Positions 55,907 through 63,823 of a stretch of 64,000 nucleotides of DNA are shown piece by piece (position 1 is the stretch's first letter; the number at the start of each line of letters is the position of its first letter). The stretch comes from a virus: IMG/VR virus record IMGVR_UViG_3300024259_002152, positions 286,867 through 350,866 of that record; one strand, given 5' to 3'. A model generated the notes under the pieces. The model was not told where the DNA came from and ran no database searches. It saw nothing but the letters and a program-made list of their open reading frames with translations. Made by a program: the position numbers and the translations under genes.

Positions 55907-56740
55907 ATGTCGAAACCTATCGGAATCATCTTGTGGCAAGGGAAATCCCTAATAGACAATGAGAGAATAGCGGTAATCGCTACAGGGATTGGTAGAGAAT
56001 CGGAAAACAGAAAAACAGGGGATATGATTCAAACCTACATTATTCGTAGGGATATTCACCCAATGTTGGCACGACGGATGGGAGAGGACAAAAGTATTTG
56101 TGGGGATTGCAAACATAAAGAAGGTAGCACATGCTATGTTAATCTCTGTCATGGTCCTATTGGGGTGTTCCATGCTCTGATTGATGGTAGTTATCGACCG
56201 TATGGGGATAAGGATATTGAGCTATTCCGAGACCGTTTCTTCAGAATTGGTTCTTATGGGGACCCTGCGGCGGTACCATATGAAGTATGGGAGAATATTT
56301 GCAGTGTTGCTAAGGGATATACTGGTTATACTCATCAGTGGAAAAACTGCGATCAAAGACTGAAAAACTATTGTATGGCAAGTGTTGATAGTATCAAGGG
56401 TTATATGAAGGAATATAATCAAGCTCAAGCAATGGGCTGGAGGACTTTCAGAATCAGAGAGAATGAAGATAATGTTTTGATGGAAAATGAAATGATTTGT
56501 CCTGCTAGTAAAGAAGCAGGGGCATTAACTACTTGTGAGCAGTGTAATCTATGTGGTGGTTTGAATAGGGCTAATGGTAGAAACCCTGTTATAATGCTCC
56601 ATGCCGATAGTGAAGCAATGGGTAGCATGTGGCGTCGTGATAGATATATCAAGATGATGAAAAAGATCAAAAACAAAAAAGCATGGCGTAGGAATTACAA
56701 AGCAGAACGTAAAGAATTTAAGAAGGTGTGTAGATTCTAA
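55907..56740 (+). CDS. Cys-rich hypothetical protein
   Basis: 277-aa ORF behind conserved leader. Confidence 0.45.
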   Translation: MSKPIGIILWQGKSLIDNERIAVIATGIGRESENRKTGDMIQTYIIRRDIHPMLARRMGEDKSICGDCKHKEGSTCYVNLCHGPIGVFHALIDGSYRPYGDKDIELFRDRFFRIGSYGDPAAVPYEVWENICSVAKGYTGYTHQWKNCDQRLKNYCMASVDSIKGYMKEYNQAQAMGWRTFRIRENEDNVLMENEMICPASKEAGALTTCEQCNLCGGLNRANGRNPVIMLHADSEAMGSMWRRDRYIKMMKKIKNKKAWRRNYKAERKEFKKVCRF

Positions 56741-56741
56741 T

Positions 56742-56802
56742 TTCCAGACAATGCGTTTGTTATAATGATAGATTGTAGTAATAACTTTTTTGGAGAAATA
56801 AA
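56742..56802 (+). promoter_or_regulatory. promoter box (-10 TATAAT) + conserved leader
   Basis: motif. Confidence 0.55.
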
Positions 56803-56967
56803 ATGACATTTACAATTGAAATCAATGCAAAAACAATTGAAGAGGCTACCTTAGTGGTTGAGAAGGGTATAAAGAGGGGTGATTTTCAACCATTTATAAC
56901 AATGGAAAATGATAAGGGTCGGGTAGTGGTTCAGGCGGATACAGTGAAATTTAGTTCGGAGAAATAA
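56803..56967 (+). CDS. hypothetical small protein
   Basis: 54-aa ORF behind conserved leader. Confidence 0.35.
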   Translation: MTFTIEINAKTIEEATLVVEKGIKRGDFQPFITMENDKGRVVVQADTVKFSSEK

Positions 56968-56968
56968 A

Positions 56969-57343
56969 ATGTCCGATAGTGAGAAAAACAACGGTCCTTG
57001 GTATGTGTATTGTCAAACTTGTAAAGAGCTTATAGGAAAATGTAATAGTGTAGAAATTGCTTTTGCGATAGAACATGAACATAAAGAATCTGTAGGGACT
57101 AAATGCTGCGTTATTACAACTGGGATAAAGTGGTATTTCGATAATGCTTTTCCCGATATAGAGTTGGAACCTAGCGCTGTCCTTATCACTGTTAGTGGGG
57201 GAGTAGCAGAAGTAGTAGATCAACCCTTTGGAGTTAAGGTAGAGATTAGAGATTATGATGTCGAAGAGCCTGATGCAGAGAATAGTGATAATTGCAAACA
57301 AGACGATGATGGGAATTGGTATCAAGAAATAATATGGAAGTAA
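56969..57343 (+). CDS. hypothetical protein
   Basis: 124-aa ORF. Confidence 0.45.
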   Translation: MSDSEKNNGPWYVYCQTCKELIGKCNSVEIAFAIEHEHKESVGTKCCVITTGIKWYFDNAFPDIELEPSAVLITVSGGVAEVVDQPFGVKVEIRDYDVEEPDAENSDNCKQDDDGNWYQEIIWK

Positions 57344-57383
57344 TCAAAACAACAACCATTGATCAATTACAGGAGTAACAACA

Positions 57384-58160
57384 ATGGGAACCAGAGGTAA
57401 GAAAATTTGTGAATGTGGCACCGAAGTAGGGGCAAGAACTCGTGTATGTTCTTGTGGTTATGAATTTTATGAGAAGAGAGTCGCTGAGCCTAAAAAGGTA
57501 GAAGTAGTTGAACAATCCCCAGGTGAAGGTAGGAAACAATGTTCTTGTGGTTTCTTTATGAACTCAAGAATAAAGTTCTGTCCTACTTGCAATGAAAGAG
57601 TGGTTTGCAAACCAAAAGAGCGCAAAGCTATAGAGCAAGTCCCAGGTCCTGGTAGAAAACAGTGTGCTTGTGGGGTGTTTGTAGCTTTGAGAATCAAAAT
57701 TTGTCCTTCTTGTAATCAGGAGATTGTTACTAAACCCAAAGAGCCAAAAGAAGTTAAGCCAGTAGAGCAGTCCCCAGGGATAGGTAGAAAACAATGTGTT
57801 TGTGAGTTGTTTGTTGGGGGAAGAACAGGTATTTGTCCGTCGTGTGGTCATGTTTTTGTTCCTGGCGAAAGGCAAGAAAGAGAGAAGAAAGAAAGAGCAG
57901 CAAGAAAGGCAGAAAAGGCTGAGATTCAGAGACCTATGACTCGAGCTGAGAAATTTACTCAGCAACTATTAAAACAGTTTTATGATAATCCTCCAGAAGT
58001 GTTGGAAATGAAGGGTTTAACTGCTGATGATCATGCCCATCGGGTATTGGGACTAGGTGAGGAAAGAGCTGGGATTTTACTTTTTCAGCACAAAACCAAA
58101 CAAGGAGAAAGTTGGTCCCATGTTAATTGGAAACTTGTTGAAGAGCAACTAACCAAATAA
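57384..58160 (+). CDS. protein with four tandem zinc-ribbon modules
   Basis: repeats PG(x)GRKQCxCG...R...CPxC about 45 aa each. Confidence 0.45.
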   Translation: MGTRGKKICECGTEVGARTRVCSCGYEFYEKRVAEPKKVEVVEQSPGEGRKQCSCGFFMNSRIKFCPTCNERVVCKPKERKAIEQVPGPGRKQCACGVFVALRIKICPSCNQEIVTKPKEPKEVKPVEQSPGIGRKQCVCELFVGGRTGICPSCGHVFVPGERQEREKKERAARKAEKAEIQRPMTRAEKFTQQLLKQFYDNPPEVLEMKGLTADDHAHRVLGLGEERAGILLFQHKTKQGESWSHVNWKLVEEQLTK

Positions 58161-58221
58161 TTCCAGACAACGCGTTTATTACTTTGATAGGTTGTAATAT
58201 CAACTTTTTGGAGAAATAAAA
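58161..58221 (+). promoter_or_regulatory. promoter box + conserved leader
   Basis: motif. Confidence 0.5.
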
Positions 58222-58401
58222 ATGGCAATAGACAGAACAAAGAACACCACAATAATAGTGAATAAAGAGGATATTGATAGTCCCGATCACCCTAACTTGT
58301 GGAGTAGTTGGCTAGACACTTTGGGGATAGACCCAGAAGCCACAGAAATCTGTTTGAGAAGGTCTTCTTTGGACCACAATAGAAATGATGATAGGGAGTA
58401 G
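58222..58401 (+). CDS. hypothetical small protein
   Basis: 59-aa ORF behind conserved leader. Confidence 0.35.
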   Translation: MAIDRTKNTTIIVNKEDIDSPDHPNLWSSWLDTLGIDPEATEICLRRSSLDHNRNDDRE

Positions 58402-58403
58402 TT

Positions 58404-59735
58404 ATGTCAGCGATAACAGAACATAAGAAATGTATTTGTGTAGAATTTGGAGATACTAACAACAACAAGGTATGGCAATATACTTTGTATGATGATGACA
58501 CTGCCTTAACAGAGTGGGGGAGAGTTGGGAAAGGTCTACAAAGTAAGATAACAAGTCATTCTCAGGCTCTTAAAAAGTGGAGAGAAAAAACCAATTCCAA
58601 TAACAAACCCGACAAAATGTATACTGAAGTAAAAGCAGTTGATACGGGGGGTTCTGTTTCTGTCGGCTCTGTTAAAAATGCAGAATTGAAAGATGTTGCT
58701 AAGAAACAGATTAAATCTAAAAATCCTGTTATTGCACAACTTATTGATTTTCTTGTTCAAGTCAATGCCCATCAGATTTTGAAACAATCGGGTGGCAAGA
58801 TCATGTATGATGCAAACTCCGCACAATTCAAAACACCACTCGGAGTTATTGACCCAGTGCAAGTAGCAGAAGCTAGAGATTTGCTTGTTATGATTTCTGA
58901 TTTTGTAAAGGCTGAGGACTTTGATAATAAAGAATTTGGTAGGATTCTTAATTCCTATCTTAGACTTATTCCTCATGATGTAGGAATGTCTAAGATTTCT
59001 ACTGGACGAATATTTCCTAATACTCAAACAGTTATTGCAGAGAATGATTTGCTTGATGGTTTGGAAACTTCCTTTATTGATATTACGACAAAGCCGACAA
59101 AGAAGAAAACCAAAAAGAAAGATGCTCCACAAATTTTTAATGTTGAAATGGAGATTGTAAGTGATAAGCAAATCTTGTCTCATGTCAAGCACCTTTATCA
59201 ATCGACAAGAAAGAGTATGCACCAATCTAACAATCTTTCTGTTCAAACAGTTTATGCTGTAACGATCAAGAACATGAAAGATGGATATGATAAGCATGGT
59301 GCTAAGATGAGTAACATTTGGCAGTTGTGGCACGGAACAAAGGCAAGTAATCTTTTGTCTATTATGAGGCAAGGTTTGATTATTCCTTCTTCCAGTTCTG
59401 GTCATGTGACAGGTCGAATGTATTCCGATGGGGTGTATTTTTCTGACATTAGTACTAAAGCACTGAATTATGCTACGAACTACTGGGGAGGTGGAGGCAA
59501 TACTGATAAAACGTTTATGTTTTTGGCGGACGTAGCGATGGGTAATTACCATATCGCCAAAAGTAGTTGGACTAAATATCCTATTCCTGGTTCGGATAGT
59601 ACATGGGCGAAAGGCAGAGATAAAGGGGGAGTTAATTCTGGAGTGGTCAACGATGAAATGATAGTATATCGTCTTGATCAGTGTAATCTTGTTTATTTGG
59701 TAGAATTTGTGCCAAATTCTCAGCTTAGAACATAA
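58404..59735 (+). CDS. PARP-like ADP-ribosyltransferase with N-terminal WGR domain
   Basis: WGR: WQYTLYDDDTALTEWGRVGKG; catalytic QLWHGTKASN...GRMYSDGVYFSD...DEMIVYRLDQCNLVYL matches the PARP1 H-Y-E core motifs. Confidence 0.8.
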   Translation: MSAITEHKKCICVEFGDTNNNKVWQYTLYDDDTALTEWGRVGKGLQSKITSHSQALKKWREKTNSNNKPDKMYTEVKAVDTGGSVSVGSVKNAELKDVAKKQIKSKNPVIAQLIDFLVQVNAHQILKQSGGKIMYDANSAQFKTPLGVIDPVQVAEARDLLVMISDFVKAEDFDNKEFGRILNSYLRLIPHDVGMSKISTGRIFPNTQTVIAENDLLDGLETSFIDITTKPTKKKTKKKDAPQIFNVEMEIVSDKQILSHVKHLYQSTRKSMHQSNNLSVQTVYAVTIKNMKDGYDKHGAKMSNIWQLWHGTKASNLLSIMRQGLIIPSSSSGHVTGRMYSDGVYFSDISTKALNYATNYWGGGGNTDKTFMFLADVAMGNYHIAKSSWTKYPIPGSDSTWAKGRDKGGVNSGVVNDEMIVYRLDQCNLVYLVEFVPNSQLRT

Positions 59736-59803
59736 ATAAAGGATTTTTATTTGTATATTAGAATATATACTTCATAACAAGAATTATATATGGAGTATAT
59801 AAA

Positions 59804-60610
59804 ATGAGTAAATATCCTTTATTAGATAACAAAGAATGGCTTTATAGTAAGTATATTCAAGAATATCTTGGTTTTAGAGCGATATGTAAATTAGTAGGAG
59901 CACAAAGCACTAATTCTGTTAGACAATCATTAATAAAGCACTCTATTCCAATTAGAACTATTGGAGATGGTATCAGAATTAATAGAGTAGATGATGGTTT
60001 TATTATTAACAAAGAAGTTATAGAAGGTTGTTTATTAGGAGATGGTTTCTTATGTAAGTGGAATAAAAAAAATGATAATTCTTTTCCTTATTTCGCGAAA
60101 AGAAATAAATATTATGATCATATAATATATGTTTCTAGAATTCTTTTTGGTAATAAGTGGAAGGAAAGGACAAAAGAGAATGATGAAAAAAGTTTAGGAA
60201 AAAGACATGTAGTATTTACTTTAAGAAGTTTGTCAAATAAGCTTTTACAATCATTTTATAAAAGGTGGTATCCTGAGTGGAATAATTATAAAAAAGTAAT
60301 ACCTGATGATATTGATATAACACCAACATTACTACTACATTGGTTTTTAGATGATGGTAATTCTTACCAAAGAAGAAAAAATAGTAGCACCAAACAAATA
60401 GTTATAACTCTTTGTAGTGAATGCTTTAATAAAGATGATCAACAAATGATAGTGGAAAAAATAAACTACATTTTTGGTTTAGTTTGCACTTTGAAGAAGG
60501 TTAATTATGGCACTGGATATCAGATACGTATTCCTCAATCTCAAGCATCTTTGTTTTATGATATTATAGGTCCTTGCCCTGTTCCAAGTATGAAATATAA
60601 ATGGAAGTAA
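59804..60610 (+). CDS. LAGLIDADG homing endonuclease (two-motif)
   Basis: CLLGDGFL and HWFLDDGNS; very AT-rich. Confidence 0.65.
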   Translation: MSKYPLLDNKEWLYSKYIQEYLGFRAICKLVGAQSTNSVRQSLIKHSIPIRTIGDGIRINRVDDGFIINKEVIEGCLLGDGFLCKWNKKNDNSFPYFAKRNKYYDHIIYVSRILFGNKWKERTKENDEKSLGKRHVVFTLRSLSNKLLQSFYKRWYPEWNNYKKVIPDDIDITPTLLLHWFLDDGNSYQRRKNSSTKQIVITLCSECFNKDDQQMIVEKINYIFGLVCTLKKVNYGTGYQIRIPQSQASLFYDIIGPCPVPSMKYKWK

Positions 60611-60612
60611 AA

Positions 60613-60685
60613 TTCCAGACAATGAGTTTCTTAAAACAATAGAGTAGTTACGAATAAAAACTAATAATTTTACGGAGAAACAAAA
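60613..60685 (+). promoter_or_regulatory. promoter box + leader
   Basis: motif. Confidence 0.5.
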
Positions 60686-61270
60686 ATGTGTACGACAGCA
60701 ACAGCATCTTTAATTGTTGAGACTATTGAGAAATTTTGCCAGGACGATGATGTTTTTACTGCTTTTGATATTACGAAAGAAGTAAGAGCAAAAACTTCTG
60801 AGCGTATTTCTCATAATGATGTAAGAAGAATTGTTGTTAATGAACTCGCTCCAAATGCTGATTACGACAAAGATCTTTGTGTTCTTAATGTGCCGAGCAA
60901 TCCAACTGCTTTGGTTTATTTTCCTGATGGAAAATCTGCCACGGACCATCCTTTGGTCTCTGCTGGCACTGTTGTCGATGATGGGACTGATGTTGATGAT
61001 GACGATGATGACGAGGAGGATGATAATAACGATTTAGCAGATGATGAGTATGAACTTACGTCGGAAGGTAGGGTTGAAATTCCTAAGACCATATTGACTC
61101 AAGTGACTGCTAATGCAGGTAGTTACGACATTTTGGTCAAAGGATCGTTGAAATGTGTAACACCGAATGCTGATGGTCGTGTCAGGGTATGCTTGAAACA
61201 GATGGGTATTAGTGATAAGGTGACATTATCGGTAGATTCGACTAATAACACTATCAACATTACGAGTTAA
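60686..61270 (+). CDS. acidic hypothetical protein (poly-Asp tract)
   Basis: DDDDDDEEDDNND. Confidence 0.45.
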   Translation: MCTTATASLIVETIEKFCQDDDVFTAFDITKEVRAKTSERISHNDVRRIVVNELAPNADYDKDLCVLNVPSNPTALVYFPDGKSATDHPLVSAGTVVDDGTDVDDDDDDEEDDNNDLADDEYELTSEGRVEIPKTILTQVTANAGSYDILVKGSLKCVTPNADGRVRVCLKQMGISDKVTLSVDSTNNTINITS

Positions 61271-61285
61271 CAACAGTTTCTGTTT

Positions 61286-61333
61286 GGAGGAGCAGGTTGA
61301 CAATTTCCGTCGTCTTCCTGCTCCTCATTTTTC
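61286..61333 (+). terminator. rho-independent terminator
   Basis: GAGGAGCAGG-20 nt-CCTGCTCCTC-T5. Confidence 0.6.
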
Positions 61334-61354
61334 AAAATGGTATAAGGAGTAAAT

Positions 61355-61546
61355 ATGTATCTTTTAAGGTTCCATGATAGAGAGGAGTTGTCAGATATGA
61401 GAATTTCTGATCACATAGAAACTTTGAAGGCATTTGCTCGGAACGATATAGATGGAGAGTTGCAATTCAAAGGATTTTTTGATATAGTTTCTGTCAATTG
61501 TAAGGGACAAGAGATAGGGATTATTGGGGAAGTGACTGAAATATAA
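61355..61546 (+). CDS. hypothetical protein
   Basis: 63-aa ORF. Confidence 0.35.
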   Translation: MYLLRFHDREELSDMRISDHIETLKAFARNDIDGELQFKGFFDIVSVNCKGQEIGIIGEVTEI

Positions 61547-61575
61547 GAAGTTGTGTAGCATTTTATTTCTCTGTA

Positions 61576-61610
61576 GGGAGTAGGCGTGGTTTCCTACTCC
61601 CTTATTTTTT
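61576..61610 (+). terminator. rho-independent terminator
   Basis: GGGAGTAGG-CGTGGTTT-CCTACTCCC-TTATTTTTT. Confidence 0.65.
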
Positions 61611-61630
61611 CTAGACAATGAGGTTGTTAT
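61609..61630 (+). promoter_or_regulatory. variant promoter box TTCTAGACAA
   Basis: one substitution. Confidence 0.35.
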
Positions 61631-61936
61631 ATGAGAATTCAAACAGAAGTAGAGCATATATTTAGAGTTTTTGTATATTGTCCGAAAGGACATAAAGTTA
61701 AAGGACATTCTGAATGGATATTTTCTCATCCAAAATGTATTTCATGTCAAAAAAGAAAACATGAGGGCAAAACTTTTTTCAGAATAGATTTTTTAGGTGT
61801 TGCCCCACAGGACAGGGTTAAAATAAGAAAATATTGTAGAGACCAATTAAGAGAATATTATGAAAAATATATCATTATGAACAGGAAAAAGGAAAATAAT
61901 TCCAGACAACGTGTTTCTCAGAATGGTATAGTGTAG
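61631..61936 (+). CDS. Cys/His zinc-binding protein
   Basis: CPKGH...CISCQKRKHEGK. Confidence 0.4.
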   Translation: MRIQTEVEHIFRVFVYCPKGHKVKGHSEWIFSHPKCISCQKRKHEGKTFFRIDFLGVAPQDRVKIRKYCRDQLREYYEKYIIMNRKKENNSRQRVSQNGIV

Positions 61937-61966
61937 CACTGATTAAAACTCTTTTGGAGAAATAAA
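61900..61966 (+). promoter_or_regulatory. promoter box + TAGCACTGATT + conserved leader
   Basis: motif. Confidence 0.5.
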
Positions 61967-62278
61967 ATGAACCAGATACCTGAATTAAAATCCTACCAGG
62001 ACAATGAGATCAAAGAGGGAAGTGAATTTGCCAAGATGGTGGCAGATAAGATCAATAGTGGTTATGGGACTAGTAAGTTATTCCGAAAGGGATTTGCTGC
62101 CACTATAGCAGGTCCAAAGACCCACAATACAGTTCAGCAACTATTTTTTAAGTTGGTTCAAGAGTGTATTAAAGAAATGGCTAATGCTAGGTTTGTTGAT
62201 GGTCGAAACCAGGATAGTCATGAATTTGCAAAAGAGTGTTTGGATACAATAGAGAAGCACTGTTTGCCATATATCTAA
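61967..62278 (+). CDS. hypothetical protein
   Basis: 103-aa ORF. Confidence 0.4.
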   Translation: MNQIPELKSYQDNEIKEGSEFAKMVADKINSGYGTSKLFRKGFAATIAGPKTHNTVQQLFFKLVQECIKEMANARFVDGRNQDSHEFAKECLDTIEKHCLPYI

Positions 62279-62294
62279 TTTTCGGAGAAATAAA

Positions 62295-62513
62295 ATGAGC
62301 AAAGAAACAAAAGCAGTCCAAAAGAAATGTTTTAATAAGTGTCCTAGATGTGAGGCTGGGATAAAAGATATTGAATATGTTGAATGGGGAGCATATGAAT
62401 GCTCAGGAGAGACAATCATACAAAAGGCTGTATGTAAACAATGTGGACAAGAATTTACAGAGAATTATGTCTATTCTTACTCTGAGATAGAATTTGAGGT
62501 AGAAACAAAATGA
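62295..62513 (+). CDS. zinc-ribbon protein
   Basis: CPRCEAG...CKQCGQ. Confidence 0.4.
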   Translation: MSKETKAVQKKCFNKCPRCEAGIKDIEYVEWGAYECSGETIIQKAVCKQCGQEFTENYVYSYSEIEFEVETK

Positions 62514-62689
62514 CTGTTAAAGAACTAATAGACGAACTTTCACAAATGCCTATGGACACAAAGGTTGTAACTACAGAATATGCAAGCCCCGAGGATTCTG
62601 TACCGTATGTAAAAGATATAACGGAACCAATGTATCATAAAAATGGTATTTTAGGAACACATGGAGAGCCAGTTGTAGATATCTCATAA
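62510..62689 (+). CDS. small protein, paralogue 1 (MTVKELI...)
   Basis: 59-aa ORF; N-terminus shared with 62758 gene. Confidence 0.35.
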   Translation: MTVKELIDELSQMPMDTKVVTTEYASPEDSVPYVKDITEPMYHKNGILGTHGEPVVDIS

Positions 62690-62692
62690 TAA

Positions 62693-62757
62693 TTCCAGAC
62701 AATGAGTTTCTTATTATGATATACTGTAAACAATAACTTTTTTGTCGGAGAAATAAA
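62693..62757 (+). promoter_or_regulatory. promoter box + conserved leader
   Basis: motif. Confidence 0.5.
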
Positions 62758-62928
62758 ATGACTGTTAAAGAACTAATAGAGGAACTTTCTCAACTACCTA
62801 TGGATGCACAAGTTATAGCAACTGTGCGTGGAGGTGATAGTTCGTATTCGGATTATATTAGCACTACAGTATGTCACGAGAAAGGTCTTGCAGGAATTAC
62901 TGAAGAAACAGTTGTGGAAATAGATTAG
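62758..62928 (+). CDS. small protein, paralogue 2 (MTVKELI...)
   Basis: 56-aa ORF. Confidence 0.35.
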   Translation: MTVKELIEELSQLPMDAQVIATVRGGDSSYSDYISTTVCHEKGLAGITEETVVEID

Positions 62929-62953
62929 TAGAACTTTTTTTTGGAGAAATAAA

Positions 62954-63511
62954 ATGAGTTTTGGTTCAACTGAAAGTATAAAAAAGATACTAGATAATCC
63001 ATGTCTTCCAGGTCTCCTAAAAACAGTAGAGGGAGATGCTACAGACCCCCAATTCATAAAATCGAATGAGATAGCTATCATTCCTCATTGTTGTAATAAC
63101 AAAGGACAATGGGGAAAAGGTTTTGTTCTAGCACTGAGCAAAAAGTGGAAAAGACCAGAGAGTATATATAGAAATTTTTGTAAAATACACCAAGAAGAAA
63201 ATATTTTGGGTAGGAATTGTTCTGCTAAAATAGATGATCATCTTGCTATTGTTAATATGATAGCTCAAGATGGGACTGTTTCGGAAGATAATCCTAAACC
63301 CATTAGATACAAAGCACTTGTGCAATGTATGACACGGGTAGTTGATTATATTGAAATGATAAAATCTCAGAATACTAATCCTATTGCTATACATTGTCCC
63401 AAGTTTGGAAGTGAACTCGCGGGCGGGACATGGTCTTTCATATTAGAGCTTATCCATGAAATATGGATAGATGCTGGTATCGATGTTGTAATCTATGAGT
63501 ATAAGGGTTAA
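62954..63511 (+). CDS. macro domain protein (TARG1/OARD1-like ADP-ribose hydrolase)
   Basis: IPHCCNNKGQWGKGFVLAL and AIHCPKFGSELAGGTW parallel the OARD1/TARG1 macro-domain core motifs. Confidence 0.7.
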   Translation: MSFGSTESIKKILDNPCLPGLLKTVEGDATDPQFIKSNEIAIIPHCCNNKGQWGKGFVLALSKKWKRPESIYRNFCKIHQEENILGRNCSAKIDDHLAIVNMIAQDGTVSEDNPKPIRYKALVQCMTRVVDYIEMIKSQNTNPIAIHCPKFGSELAGGTWSFILELIHEIWIDAGIDVVIYEYKG

Positions 63512-63821
63512 AAAAATGAGTAATTATGTATTTGTAGATATTATCGAATGTCGAAAAATGTATGAGAGAAAAGATTCTGCATGGATATGTGTAAGAATGC
63601 AGGACGGTTACAGCACTGGGCAAGTGGATATTCCTACTGAAGATAGTGGAGTGAATATTTATGATAATCTGGGCATTTTAGAATGGTGTAAAGACTTTGG
63701 TTCAGATGATAGTGTAGAGATGGCTGATCTTATTGATTACATTATTGAGGAGGAATGCTCTGTTACTATTAACGGCACCGAGTATAGTTGGGATGAAATA
63801 AAGCACTTATTTGGAGAATAA
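63495..63821 (+). CDS. acidic hypothetical protein
   Basis: 108-aa ORF. Confidence 0.4.
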   Translation: MSIRVKKMSNYVFVDIIECRKMYERKDSAWICVRMQDGYSTGQVDIPTEDSGVNIYDNLGILEWCKDFGSDDSVEMADLIDYIIEEECSVTINGTEYSWDEIKHLFGE

Positions 63822-63823
63822 AA

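Noticed and set aside
5003-60831. Nested + strand ORFs (5003-5203, 18811-19101, 22579-22800, 27939-28139, 39914-40159, 49947-50138, 56181-56363, 60831-61037)
   Set aside because: Alternative frames inside longer supported genes; no independent start signals.
206-62419. All minus-strand ORFs in the track (e.g. 206-442, 5809-6123, 12247-12552, 21833-22279, 27370-27696, 34213-34458, 53404-53748, 58536-59552)
   Set aside because: Each lies entirely inside a longer, motif-supported + strand gene, has low-complexity or hydrophobic composition typical of antisense AT-rich frames, and none has RBS-like sequence upstream. Gene polarity is uniformly + across the window.
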